From the NCBI GenBank assembly GCA_964404165.1, contig CAYOIZ010000003.1, positions 116,940 through 180,939 of the forward strand: 64,000 bases of DNA, given 5' to 3'. The notes beneath the pieces were generated by a model. That model saw nothing but the letters and a program-made list of their open reading frames with translations. It was not told where the DNA came from and searched no databases. The DNA is from an uncultured Candidatus Binatia bacterium (GTDB lineage: Bacteria; Desulfobacterota; Binatia; DP-6). The position numbers and the translations under genes are program-made. Positions 28,727-38,831 of this stretch are shown here, piece by piece. Position 1 is the first letter of the stretch; each line of letters begins with the position of its first letter.

Positions 28727-31700
28727 TCACACCCGCAACACGACGCCCTGCGCGGCCTGACCCGTGGCGCGACGGACGGCGTCGACGTAGAGCGCCACCT
28801 GGCGCAGGTACTGCTCCTCGCGTCCACCGAGGCCGAGGTCGGTCTTCCAGTCGACGACCGTCCAGCCGTCGTCGTCGCGGAAGGCGGCGTCGATGACGCC
28901 CTCGACGAGGGTACCGTCGTCGAGACGCAGCAGCACGGGCGTCTCGCGACGGCACTCCTGCGCCGCGGCCGCACGCCGCAGCAGCGGATGATCGAGCGCC
29001 CGCATGACGACGTCGACCGCCGCCGCCACCTCCTCCGCCGGCGCATCGAGCACGCGACCTTCGATGTCCGCCGCCGCCTGCACCGCGGTGGCGTCGGCCG
29101 TGAGCGGCACCGTCGCCAGCACGGCGTGCACGAGCGTCCCGAACCGCTTGCCGTGCGGGCGCGCGCCGGGCGTGCCGACGCGTTGCACCTCGATCGCCGG
29201 CACCGTGTCCGTCGCCGTCGCCTGCTCGGTGGCCGTGACGACACGCAGGCTCGGCGTACCGCCGGTCGCCCGCACGCGCTGGCGCTCCGCCTGCCAGGCA
29301 TCGTGGGCGCGAATGCCGTCGTCGGAGCGCGCGCCGTCGTCGTCGGCCGCGAGCAGCTTCTGCTGCTTCAGCCCGACGTTCTCCTCGACCAGCAGCTCGA
29401 GCACCTCCGGCGCCCACCACACCACCGTGTGCTCGCCCTGCTGTGGGCGATGACGGCCCGGCGACACCGAGGCGTCTGGCCGCAGCACGTTCTCCGGCCG
29501 ATCGACGACGCCGTCCCCGGTGAGCTCGGGACACGCCGGAGGACACGTCGTCTCGGGGAGGCGACCATGCAGCGGGTGCGGATAGATGGCCGGCGTGAGC
29601 GTCTCCAGCCATCCCTCCTGCGCCTGGTCGGCCACCGCCGGCACCACCAGCAGGTCGCGGGCGCGCGTCGCGGCGACGTAGAGCAGCCGCACCGACTCCT
29701 CGCGCTCGCGCTCGAGCTCCTCCTCGCGCCGATCGGCCAGCTCGGACGGCATCGCGCCCGCGAGGCGCATGGCGACGAGGCCGCGCGACGGGTCGACGTG
29801 CCGGCTCGGTTCCATCGGCACGGCGTTCGCCGTCATGTCGGCGAGGATCACGACCGGGAACTCGAGGCCCTTCGCACGGTGCACCGTCATGATGCGCACG
29901 CCCTCGGCGCCGTCCTCCAGGATCGGCGCCTCGCCCGCCTCGCCCGACTCGGCCTCGCGATCGAGCCGCTCGACGAAGGCGCGGAACGACGTCACGCCGT
30001 GCCGCTCCGACCGTCGCGCCAGGTCCATCAGGCGGGTGACGTTCGCCAGCGCCTGCTCGCCCGTCGGCCAGATGGCGAGCCCGGCGTGCGCGCGCACGGC
30101 GGCGAGCAGCCGGCCGATGGTGTCGGCGATGGGGCGGCGGTTGCGGTGCCGGTGCAGCTCGCGCAGCACCGCGAGCGCCTCGGACACCTCGCGCAGCAGC
30201 GGCGGCAGGTCGGGCGGCATCGGGCGGAACGGATGCAGCGACCTGAAGCGATCGCGCCACGCCAGCAGCGCGCCGTCGCCGAGCGCGAACAGCGGGCCGC
30301 GCAGCGTCGCGAACAGCGCCAGCTCGTCGTCGGGACGCTCGATGGCGGCGAGCGCGTTGCGCAGCGCCCCCACCTCCTCACGGACGTGGAACGAGCTGCC
30401 GCCGACCAGCACGTGACGCAGGTGCCGGGCCTCCAGCGCACGCACGTAGTCGCGCGTGACGTCGCGCCCCCACGAGCGCATGCGGCGGAACAGGATGCAG
30501 ATGTGCCGCGGCTGGATCGGCACCGCCTCGCCCGGCCGCTCGCGCTCGCTGACGGTCCAGCCGCTGCGGCGCACGAGCCAGTCGGCGAATGCGCCCACCG
30601 CGTCGGGCAGCGACGATTCGATGCGCCAGTTCACCACCGTGCCGTAGTCTCCGTACGGGCGCGGCACCGGCAGCACCACCACCGCCGGCTGCTCGGGATG
30701 GGGGTCGCGCGCCGGGGACAGCGGCACGTAGGCCGCCTGCGTGCGCGTGCCCTCGGCCATGGCGGGCGCGAACGCCGCGTTCACCGCCTGCTGGATCGCC
30801 GGCACGGCGCGGAAGCTCACCGTCAGGTGCACCACCTCGGCACCCGAGGCCACCAGCTGCCGCTTCACCGTCTCGTACAGTCCGACGTCGGCGCGACGGA
30901 AGCGATAGATCGACTGCTTCGGATCGCCGACGACGAAGAGCTTCCCCGGCACCGGCCGCACGCGACGCCAGTCGCGCTCGGCAGGGTCGTCGGCCGACAG
31001 CAACAGGACGAGCTCGGCCTGCAGCGGATCGGTGTCCTGGAACTCGTCGACGAAGAGATGCGCGAAGCGCTCCTGCAGCTCGGCGCGCGTGGCGGCGTCC
31101 TCGCGGACGAGATCGCGCGCGCGCAGCAGGAGGTCGAGAAAGTCGAGGCAGCCCGCGCGGCGCTTGAGCCGCTCGTAGCCCTCGACCACGGGCCACAGCT
31201 CGTCGCGCAGGAGGGGGGCGAGGTCGGCGCCGGCGGCGCGCACGAACTGGTCCAGGCGCTGCTTCACGCCGTCGCGCCGGGCGGCGAGCTCGACCTTCGC
31301 GGTGTCGCCCTGCCGCGGCCGCCAGCCGCGCCAGCGCCAGTGCTTCTCGCGCGCGAGCGCGGTCAGCTCGGCCTCGAGCCCGTCGTGATCGCGCGCGCCC
31401 GACGCCTCGCGACGGGTCACCTCCTGGATGAAGCGGCGGATCTCGCGCAGCGACTTGACGAACCAGTCGTTCGCATCGCCGCCGTCGGCGGCCGCGGCGA
31501 GGATCGCCAGCTCGGCCGTGATGGCGTCGATCTCGGCGTCGCGTGCGAAGGCGGGACGCTGCCAGGACGTCGGGAAGTCGCGCCAGGCGGCGAGCTCCCA
31601 GGCGGCACCGCGCAGCTTCTCGCGCGGTCCGTCGTCGTTGCGGGTGCGCTGGCGCAGCACACGACGCACGCCCTCGGTGGGGCGCTCGAGCTGGTTCTCG

Positions 31701-32143
31701 AACCAACGATCGAAGACCCGATCGAAGAGCGGGCCCGCGACCTCGTCGGGCGCCACCTGGAACTGCGGATCCACCGCCGCCTCCACCGGCCGCTCGCGCA
31801 GCAGGTCGGCGCAGAAGGCGTGGATGGTGCCGATGCGCGCGGCTTCGAGCTGCGGCAGCGCAGCCGTCAGGTGGGCACGCGCGGCGGGATCGCACGTCGG
31901 GTCCTGGCGCACGCGCTCGATCTCGGTGCGGAGCCGCAGCTTGAGCTCGCCGGCCGCCGCCTCGGTGAAGGTGACGGCCACCATGCGGTCGAGCCGCGCG
32001 CGCCCCGTCATGAGCGCCGACACCATGCGACCGACCAGCGCCGTCGTCTTGCCGGTGCCGGCCGCCGCCTCGACGACGAGCGTGCTGTCGAGGTCGTCAC
32101 GGATGCGCTCGCGTGCGACCCGGTCGGCGAGCGGCGCGGGCAT
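28727..32143 (-). CDS. addA: ATP-dependent helicase/nuclease subunit A (UvrD-like helicase + C-terminal PD-(D/E)XK nuclease)
   Basis: Walker A (AAGTGKTT) and UvrD helicase motifs. C-terminal nuclease motif (VVDWKTD). Confidence 0.85.
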   Translation of the reverse strand: MPAPLADRVARERIRDDLDSTLVVEAAAGTGKTTALVGRMVSALMTGRARLDRMVAVTFTEAAAGELKLRLRTEIERVRQDPTCDPAARAHLTAALPQLEAARIGTIHAFCADLLRERPVEAAVDPQFQVAPDEVAGPLFDRVFDRWFENQLERPTEGVRRVLRQRTRNDDGPREKLRGAAWELAAWRDFPTSWQRPAFARDAEIDAITAELAILAAAADGGDANDWFVKSLREIRRFIQEVTRREASGARDHDGLEAELTALAREKHWRWRGWRPRQGDTAKVELAARRDGVKQRLDQFVRAAGADLAPLLRDELWPVVEGYERLKRRAGCLDFLDLLLRARDLVREDAATRAELQERFAHLFVDEFQDTDPLQAELVLLLSADDPAERDWRRVRPVPGKLFVVGDPKQSIYRFRRADVGLYETVKRQLVASGAEVVHLTVSFRAVPAIQQAVNAAFAPAMAEGTRTQAAYVPLSPARDPHPEQPAVVVLPVPRPYGDYGTVVNWRIESSLPDAVGAFADWLVRRSGWTVSERERPGEAVPIQPRHICILFRRMRSWGRDVTRDYVRALEARHLRHVLVGGSSFHVREEVGALRNALAAIERPDDELALFATLRGPLFALGDGALLAWRDRFRSLHPFRPMPPDLPPLLREVSEALAVLRELHRHRNRRPIADTIGRLLAAVRAHAGLAIWPTGEQALANVTRLMDLARRSERHGVTSFRAFVERLDREAESGEAGEAPILEDGAEGVRIMTVHRAKGLEFPVVILADMTANAVPMEPSRHVDPSRGLVAMRLAGAMPSELADRREEELEREREESVRLLYVAATRARDLLVVPAVADQAQEGWLETLTPAIYPHPLHGRLPETTCPPACPELTGDGVVDRPENVLRPDASVSPGRHRPQQGEHTVVWWAPEVLELLVEENVGLKQQKLLAADDDGARSDDGIRAHDAWQAERQRVRATGGTPSLRVVTATEQATATDTVPAIEVQRVGTPGARPHGKRFGTLVHAVLATVPLTADATAVQAAADIEGRVLDAPAEEVAAAVDVVMRALDHPLLRRAAAAQECRRETPVLLRLDDGTLVEGVIDAAFRDDDGWTVVDWKTDLGLGGREEQYLRQVALYVDAVRRATGQAAQGVVLRV

Positions 32144-32195
32144 CCGACGGGTCTACGAGCGCCTCGGGCGCGGCGCAAGACCCGTCGCGGGAACG

Positions 32196-32450
32196 TCAGT
32201 CGTGCTCGTACCGATGATGGTAGTGATGCCACCGACGATCGTGCCGGTGACGCCGGTGGTGCCGTCGGTACTCGACGCGACAGCGGGGTGGACGCGCGGC
32301 CCATCCCGGCGGACGGGGCGGCGCGTGGTGCAGCGTGAACGGCGGGGGCGGGAGCGGCGGACCACCTACGAACACCGACGTCTCCGCCGCGGCGGGCGCG
32401 GCGAGTGCCAGCGTCGCAACGACGGTTGCGACCAGAGCCATCCTCCTCAT
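32196..32450 (-). CDS. small secreted histidine-rich protein
   Basis: Signal peptide (MRRMALVATVVATLALAAPAAA), a poly-Pro stretch and a His/Arg-rich tail (RRHHRRHRHDRRWHHYHHRYEHD). AAGGAGG RBS 5 nt upstream. Fills the 358-nt gap between addB and addA. Confidence 0.55.
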   Translation of the reverse strand: MRRMALVATVVATLALAAPAAAETSVFVGGPPLPPPPFTLHHAPPRPPGWAARPPRCRVEYRRHHRRHRHDRRWHHYHHRYEHD

Positions 32451-32501
32451 GACGTCCTCCTTGACGCGGCCCTGGAACAGCGCCGCGCGAACGAGGTTAC
32501 G

Positions 32502-35500
32502 TCAGGGGAGCGCGCGCAGGCGCTGGAGCGCGGCGAGACGCTCCGCCGGTTTGCGCGCCGTGCGGACCTCCTCGTACGGCCCGCACACCGGACGATAGTC
32601 GCAGTACGTGCACGCGCCCGGCTCGGGCGCCGCCGGGAGGAATCCCTGCTCGAGCGCCTCGCCGACGGTGCGCACCACCTCGTCGATGCTGGCCCGCGCG
32701 CGCGAGTCGAGCGGCACCACCCGCTCGGTGTAGCCACCCGTCGACGTGCAGTAGTAGAGCCGACCCGACTCCACCGGCTCGCGCAGCATCTGCTCGCAGG
32801 CGAGCGCGTAGAGCACGGGCTGCAGCACCTTGCCGCCGCCGACGACGACGCCGTCCTTCGCCCACACCTTGCCGGTCTTGTGGTCGGTGGCGCGCAGCCC
32901 GCCGCGTGGGTGGCGCTCGACGAGGTCGATGGAGCCGCGCATGCGCAGCGTCGGGGTGACCTGCACCGGATCGTCGTGGCTGTCGGGATCGGCGTACTCG
33001 CGATCGCCCTTCGGCAGGCCGAAGGCCAGCTCGAAGCGCTGGGGCACCCAGCCCTCCTCGTCCTCGGTCTGGCGCCGGAGCCATTCGCGCAGATCGGCGC
33101 GCAGCACGTCGATGCCGTCCTGCCAGACGCGCGGGATCGCGGGCTTGAGCTTCTCCCGCACCGCCTCCGCCTCGCGGTGGAGCACGCCGTCGAGGATCGC
33201 GTTCGCCGCCGCCAGCCCGTCGGGCGTGAGCGGCAGGCGGCGCTCGCGACGGAGCTGCATCAGGACGCCGAACTGCACGTCGTGGAACAGCCCGCCCCGC
33301 GTGAGCGGATCCATCACCTCGATCGCCACCGGCTCCTCGCGCGGCGCCAGCCGATGGACGGCCTGCAGGAAGAAGCGATACGGGCACGCCGCGAAGTGCT
33401 GCAGCGCCGTCGGCGAAAACGTGCGCGTCGCGAGCTGGTGTTTCGCCATCGCCTCGCGCGCGAGCGGCTCGGGGTCGACGAGCCCGTCCGACGGCGTCCA
33501 GCGACGGATCCAGCGCCGCCCCCGTGCGCGCAGCGCACGCGCCAGGTGCGGATTCGCGCCGAGGAGATAGTGCGCCGTGCCGAGGGTCGTGGCCTCGTCC
33601 GCGTCGAGGAGCGGCGCCAGCAGCGCCAGATCGTACTCGGCCTCGTCGATGGCCTCGGTGGCACGCTCGGGCGCCGGCCAGCCGAGGCGAGCGGGCGTCT
33701 CCTTGACGGCGCGCGCCGTCAGCTCGTCGAAGCCGGGCAGCCGGCCTTCCGTCGCCTGCAACGCCTCCAGCGCGTAGAACGACGGCACGCGCGGGCGCGC
33801 ACGCTCGACGTCGACGCGCGGGTAGGAGAGGAACACGCGCTGCGTGGCGGCGCCGGCGGCGAGCCGCAGCGCCAGGCGCTCGCCCGCGACGCGCTCCGCA
33901 TCGACGGGCAGCGCGGCGGCGAGGGCGCGGCGCTGGACGTCGAGCAGCACCGGATCCTCGACGATCTTGCCCGGGAAGAGGTTCTCGGCGAGGCCGGGCA
34001 CGAAGACGACGTCGAACGCCAGCCCGCGCACCGCGGACGTGGGTGCGACGAAGACGGCACCGTAGCGACGGCGCGGCGGCGGCGCCGTCACGTCGCGCAG
34101 CCGGGGTGCCAGGACGAGGCGCAGCTCGTCGAGGTCGATCGGGCCGACGGGGGCCATGGGCGCCAGCTCGCCGAGCGTGGCACGCACCGCGACCGGATCG
34201 CGCAGCGCCGCGAGCGCGAGCGCGTCGAGGCGCTCGAGCCACACGCCCCAGGTGGCCTCGGCGGGCAGGTTCGCGAGCAGCTCGATCAACGGCAACGCGA
34301 ACCGTCGCAGGTGCTCGAGGTCCTGCAGCTGGCGATCGACGTAGGCGACGCGCGCGTCGTCCTCATCGCCGATGGCCTCGCGCTTGCGACGCAGCTCCTG
34401 CTCGAGGCCGTCGAGACGCGCCTTCCAGCGCTCGCTGCCGCCGCCGATGACCGACGCGTCCACGAGGAGCTGCTCCCAGTAGCGCGGCGCACGCAGCGTG
34501 CCCGCCACCACGGGCGCGGTGTCGGGATCGGGGACGACGGGATCGACCGGTGGCGGCACGTCGTCGACGGGCGGCTGCGGCAGCAGATCGTTCACCGGCG
34601 CCGCCCACTCGGGACGCGGCGCGGCGGCGTCGGGCAGCTGCGACAGCGACAGATACTCCGCGAACCGTCGGGCCGAGAGCCCCTCGGCCCTGCAGGCCAG
34701 CAGCGTCAGCAGCGCGCGCCCGCCCGTATGTGGTCGTCGCGTACCACGCGCAAAGAACGACGGGATCTCGGCACGCCCGAAGGCCTCCTCGAGATGGGCG
34801 ACGTACTCGCCGGGCGCATGGAGGAGCACCGCCATGCGATCGAACGGCACTCCGCGTGCCGCCTCGGCCTGCACGGCGCGCGCGATCTCGACGCATTCGC
34901 GCGCCTCGCCGGGCCACGCCGACAGTCGCACGCTGGCGTCGAGCGGTGCGGGGTTCGCGGGCGGATCGCCGAAGAGATGCCGCTGCAGCGACGCCAGCGA
35001 TCCGTCGCCCGGCGCGGTGACGTCCTCGGCACGGCAGTCGAGCGCACGCTCGAGAAACATGCGCGCGACCGCGTCGCCCGCCGGCACCGTCGCCAGCACG
35101 TCGGGTGCCCGCGACGCGAGTGCTGCGACCAGTCGCTCCTCGAGCGCGGTCGCCACCGGCAGATCGAGCAGCAGCAGCGGCAGGCCCGCGAGCGGCGTCC
35201 CGGCGTCGACGGCCGCGATCGCGGCGTCGAACACCGCGGCGCGATCGACGAGCGCAGCACCGGCGAGCTCGTCGCCGACCGCCACGGCCAGGAGCGCCAG
35301 GTCGACGCCGCCGCGCGGCAGCGCGCGCAGGTCGTCGGGCGTGACGCCGTGCATGCGCAGCTCCTCGAGCGTGCGCGCCACCGCCGGCGGGAAGCCGGGG
35401 CGGTCGGCCACGGGGCGGAAATAGTGGAAGACGCCCTCGCCCTGGAGGCGGTGGACGGCATGGGCGGCCACGGCCGCCTGCGACAGGGCGGTGGCGGGAA

Positions 35501-35768
35501 CACGACCCGCACGGACCAGCGCCGGCGTCGCGAGCCGCGCGGCGAGCCGCTCGAGCGTCATGCGGACGATGCCGAAGCGCGCACCGGCGCCACCGAGCTC
35601 GGCGCGCACCAGCTCGTCGCACGCCTCCCACGTCGGCGCCACGACCAGCACCTCTGCCTGCGGCGGGCGCGCCGCGAGCCAGCGTGACGCGGCCTCGAGC
35701 CGCGTGGCGGCGCCGGCCGCGAGCAGCAGCCGTCGCGTCCCGGCCTCCCGTCGTCCCCGCCGCGCCAT
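32502..35768 (-). CDS. addB: helicase/nuclease subunit B (inactivated helicase + PD-(D/E)XK nuclease with Fe-S cluster)
   Basis: AddB-like architecture with a C-terminal nuclease motif (ATDHKTGK) and four Cys (CPYRFF...CTYCDYRPVC). Start taken as MARRGRRE at 35768. Confidence 0.8.
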   Translation of the reverse strand: MARRGRREAGTRRLLLAAGAATRLEAASRWLAARPPQAEVLVVAPTWEACDELVRAELGGAGARFGIVRMTLERLAARLATPALVRAGRVPATALSQAAVAAHAVHRLQGEGVFHYFRPVADRPGFPPAVARTLEELRMHGVTPDDLRALPRGGVDLALLAVAVGDELAGAALVDRAAVFDAAIAAVDAGTPLAGLPLLLLDLPVATALEERLVAALASRAPDVLATVPAGDAVARMFLERALDCRAEDVTAPGDGSLASLQRHLFGDPPANPAPLDASVRLSAWPGEARECVEIARAVQAEAARGVPFDRMAVLLHAPGEYVAHLEEAFGRAEIPSFFARGTRRPHTGGRALLTLLACRAEGLSARRFAEYLSLSQLPDAAAPRPEWAAPVNDLLPQPPVDDVPPPVDPVVPDPDTAPVVAGTLRAPRYWEQLLVDASVIGGGSERWKARLDGLEQELRRKREAIGDEDDARVAYVDRQLQDLEHLRRFALPLIELLANLPAEATWGVWLERLDALALAALRDPVAVRATLGELAPMAPVGPIDLDELRLVLAPRLRDVTAPPPRRRYGAVFVAPTSAVRGLAFDVVFVPGLAENLFPGKIVEDPVLLDVQRRALAAALPVDAERVAGERLALRLAAGAATQRVFLSYPRVDVERARPRVPSFYALEALQATEGRLPGFDELTARAVKETPARLGWPAPERATEAIDEAEYDLALLAPLLDADEATTLGTAHYLLGANPHLARALRARGRRWIRRWTPSDGLVDPEPLAREAMAKHQLATRTFSPTALQHFAACPYRFFLQAVHRLAPREEPVAIEVMDPLTRGGLFHDVQFGVLMQLRRERRLPLTPDGLAAANAILDGVLHREAEAVREKLKPAIPRVWQDGIDVLRADLREWLRRQTEDEEGWVPQRFELAFGLPKGDREYADPDSHDDPVQVTPTLRMRGSIDLVERHPRGGLRATDHKTGKVWAKDGVVVGGGKVLQPVLYALACEQMLREPVESGRLYYCTSTGGYTERVVPLDSRARASIDEVVRTVGEALEQGFLPAAPEPGACTYCDYRPVCGPYEEVRTARKPAERLAALQRLRALP

Positions 35769-35852
35769 CGCGTCGTTATCGCGCACGCGACGGCGCCGGG
35801 GAAGATGCCGGCGTGGTTTGCTCTCGCCATGGTCGCGTGGCACCACCGAGTC

Positions 35853-36299
35853 ATGTGGTGGGTGATGGGGGGTGTGGCCGTGCTCGCGATGGCGACCGTC
35901 GCGCAGGCGGCGCCGTGGCGCGGATTCTCCACGCTGCAGTCGGCACCGGGCCAGGGCGTCGTACTGACGGGGCGGATCGCGTCGCGCGGCGCCGACCTGC
36001 GCGGACGCATCGTCGGCTGCGACGGCGACGAGCCCTGTCCGCTCGCCGGTGCCCGGCTGACGCTGCGGGCGACGACGCACGACCCGTCGATGCGCGAGGA
36101 GGTCGACGCCCTGCACGGCACGGTCACCCTCGCCGACGGCACCGCGTGCACCTTCGCCGGCGACGTCTGGGGCGTGCGGGCACGCGACCGCCAGGTGGCG
36201 CGCGGCGCGCTGCACGGCCAGATCTCCTGCCCGACGCTCGGCCTGGCGACGATCTCGCTGTACGTGAAGGGCTACCGCCAACCGCTGGGTGCGCTGTGA
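35853..36299 (+). CDS. secreted hypothetical protein
   Basis: Signal peptide (MWWVMGGVAVLAMATVAQA). Its stop overlaps the GTG of the next gene. Confidence 0.45.
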   Translation: MWWVMGGVAVLAMATVAQAAPWRGFSTLQSAPGQGVVLTGRIASRGADLRGRIVGCDGDEPCPLAGARLTLRATTHDPSMREEVDALHGTVTLADGTACTFAGDVWGVRARDRQVARGALHGQISCPTLGLATISLYVKGYRQPLGAL

Positions 36300-37354
36300 G
36301 GGCACTGCGACTGCTCGTGCTGAGCGTCCTGCTGGCGACGCCGGTGCTCGCGGGCGAGCCGTCGCCGAGTCCACACGGCGTCAACGGCAGCGCACGCGGG
36401 CTGCCGAACGCGCTCGCGGCGGGCCGGCAGGCCGGCTTCGGCTGGCTGCGCGTGTTCCTCCTGTGGAGTGCCGTGCAGCCGACGCCGGCGCCACCCGACT
36501 GGGACGCGCCCGTCCTCGGCTCGCCGTGCGGCAACTGGCCGCTCGAGTCGGCGCGGCAGGTCATCGCCGACGCGCGCGCCGCCGGCTACTCCGTCGTCGC
36601 CAACCTGTTCAGCACGCCGTGCTGGGCGACCCCCGCCGGCGGCACCGGCACGTGCGTCAACAAGGCGCCGACGGCCGCCGCGTTCCAGGCGTTCGCCGCC
36701 GCGGCCGCCGCCGAGTTCGGCGATCAGGTGGCGGTGTGGGAGCTGTGGAACGAGCCCAACTTCGACGCCCACTGGACGGCGTCGCCCGAGACGTATCGCG
36801 ACACGATCCTCGTGCCGGGCTACGACGGCATCAAGAGCGCCGCCCCGACCGCACGGGTGGCCGGTCCGACGCTGATGCAGGGCAACTTCTATTCGCCGGA
36901 GAAGAGCGGCGCCTTCGGCGACTATCTGTTGCAGGGCGATCAGCTGGCGCGCCCGATCGACGTCCTCACGTTCCACGCCTACAGCAACAGCGTGAAGAAC
37001 ATCCGTCGCGCCATCGCGACGCCGCACGCGTTCGCCACCGCGCACGCCATCCCCGAGGTGTGGATGACGGAGTTCGGCTGGAGCCTCACCGGCGAGGGCA
37101 CGCCGAGCTCGTGCCCGCACTGCCCGAGCGAGAGCGCCTGCGGCGGTCAGATCGGCGACGTGCTGGCGCTCGTCGGTGGCGCCGACACGCCGCGCTTCAC
37201 GCGCGCCTTCCTCTTCACGCTGCACGATCGCGTGCGGCCCACGTGCGAGCTCGACTGCCTGCTCGGCCTGCTCGACGTGAACGGCGTGCCGAAGGTGCGC
37301 TATGGCGTCGTGCAGAGCGCGCTCTGTCCGTCCGAGGCGAGCTGCCCGCCCTGA
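36296..37354 (+). CDS. secreted glycoside hydrolase, clan GH-A (GH5-like)
   Basis: Signal peptide. Acid/base motif WELWNEPN and a nucleophile region VWMTEFGW. Confidence 0.7.
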   Translation: MRALRLLVLSVLLATPVLAGEPSPSPHGVNGSARGLPNALAAGRQAGFGWLRVFLLWSAVQPTPAPPDWDAPVLGSPCGNWPLESARQVIADARAAGYSVVANLFSTPCWATPAGGTGTCVNKAPTAAAFQAFAAAAAAEFGDQVAVWELWNEPNFDAHWTASPETYRDTILVPGYDGIKSAAPTARVAGPTLMQGNFYSPEKSGAFGDYLLQGDQLARPIDVLTFHAYSNSVKNIRRAIATPHAFATAHAIPEVWMTEFGWSLTGEGTPSSCPHCPSESACGGQIGDVLALVGGADTPRFTRAFLFTLHDRVRPTCELDCLLGLLDVNGVPKVRYGVVQSALCPSEASCPP

Positions 37355-38793
37355 TACCCCGCCACGCGCTCGACGACGTCGGGGCGATCGATGCCGGCCG
37401 CCGCGCACAGCGCCGCGGCCGACCGGCGGAGCGCGTCGACGACCGTGCGCGGATCGGACACGCCGTCCCAGTCGGCGTTGACGCCCCAGCACAGCTGGCC
37501 GTCGTAGCTGAAGAGCGCGATCCCGAGCGACTGGTGCTCGAACAGCGGCACCAGCGGGAACCCGGCGCGCAGGCGTGCACCGAGCAGCCACAGCGGCAGC
37601 GGCGGCCCCGGCACGTTGGTCACGATGAGGTTGTACGGGCTCAGGCGGGCGGTCAGCCGTGCCCCGAGCAGCAGCACGCCGGGCGCGGCGTGCTCCGCCG
37701 CGCGCCCGAGCAGCTCCGCGCCGAGCTCCATCTTGACGGCCTTGAGACGTGCCGTGGTCTCGCGCACGGCGGCATGACGTCGCCGCGCATCCGGCTCGCC
37801 GACCGGGAGCGGCACCAACCACCCCGAGACGCGGTTGTTCACCACGCCCTGCTGGTCGGCCGAGCGCACGCTCACCGGCACGACGACCCGGAAGTCGATG
37901 CGGTCGGGCGCCGCCCCACGCGTGGTCAGGATGTCGCGCATCGCCCCCGCGACGATCGCCAGCGCGACGTCGTTGACCGTCCCCCCGAGCGACGATCGGA
38001 TGGCGCGCACGGTGTCCATGTCCTGCACCCACCAGTCGAAGCGGCGGTGCGGGCCGATCGGACGGTTGAGCGGGTTCGCACCGAGGCGCCGTGCGCCGGT
38101 CGCGACCAGCGCCCAGAGCGCCCGCAACGGCGCCAGCAGGTCGTCGCGCAGCGCCGACGGATCGCGCAGGCCGTCGGCGATCGACGTCGCCAGCGAGAGC
38201 GGCACGCGGGCCTGCTCGAGCAGCTCGTCGCGCAGCATCTCGATCCCGCTCGGCGCCGGCCGCGCCCGCCACGGCTGCGGCGGGTCGAGGTGCTCCTGCG
38301 GCTCCGGCGTCAGCAGGGCGGCGAACAGGTCGAACGCGGAGATGCCGTCGGCGAGGGCGTGATGCGTCTTCATCAGCAGCGCGAAGCGCCCGTCGCGCAG
38401 CCCCTCGATGACCCAGATCTCCCAGAGCGGCTTCCCGCGATCGAGCTGCTGCGAGAAGATGCGGCCGGCGAGCAGCTTCAGCTGCGCGTCGTCGCCGGGC
38501 CGCGGCACCGCGGTGTGGCGCACGTGGTAGCTCAGATCGAAGTGGTCGTCGTCGACCCACACCGGCCGGTTGCGGACCGGGATCCAGGCCAGCCGCTGCC
38601 GGTAGCGCGGCACCAGGTGCAGCCGCGACGCGATGTGGGCACGGATGCGGCCGACGTCGATGCCGCCGTCGGGCGTCGCCAGCGATCCGGGCTCGAACAG
38701 CGTGAGGCCGCCGAGGTGCATGTGCGCCGGCCCGTCCTCGAAGTGCAGGAACACCCGATCCTGTGCCGACAGGCGCTCGTAGTAGACGGCCAC
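37300..38793 (-). CDS. wax ester synthase/diacylglycerol acyltransferase (WS/DGAT) family
   Basis: Active-site HHxxxDG motif (THHALADG) and the expected ~490-aa length. Confidence 0.85.
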   Translation of the reverse strand: MAVYYERLSAQDRVFLHFEDGPAHMHLGGLTLFEPGSLATPDGGIDVGRIRAHIASRLHLVPRYRQRLAWIPVRNRPVWVDDDHFDLSYHVRHTAVPRPGDDAQLKLLAGRIFSQQLDRGKPLWEIWVIEGLRDGRFALLMKTHHALADGISAFDLFAALLTPEPQEHLDPPQPWRARPAPSGIEMLRDELLEQARVPLSLATSIADGLRDPSALRDDLLAPLRALWALVATGARRLGANPLNRPIGPHRRFDWWVQDMDTVRAIRSSLGGTVNDVALAIVAGAMRDILTTRGAAPDRIDFRVVVPVSVRSADQQGVVNNRVSGWLVPLPVGEPDARRRHAAVRETTARLKAVKMELGAELLGRAAEHAAPGVLLLGARLTARLSPYNLIVTNVPGPPLPLWLLGARLRAGFPLVPLFEHQSLGIALFSYDGQLCWGVNADWDGVSDPRTVVDALRRSAAALCAAAGIDRPDVVERVAGYQGGQLASDGQSALCTTP

Positions 38794-38831
38794 GTCCGTG
38801 GGCTACGCCGGATCGACGACGGAGGGCAAGA

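Noticed and set aside
28727-35768. UvrD-like helicase plus PD-(D/E)XK nuclease pair considered as a possible phage-defence system (Gabija- or Hachiman-like).
   Set aside because: Both proteins have the canonical AddA/AddB architecture. Subunit A has a full SF1 helicase and a C-terminal DxK nuclease. Subunit B has a degenerate helicase, a nuclease and a four-Cys Fe-S motif. This is the housekeeping double-strand-break processing complex.
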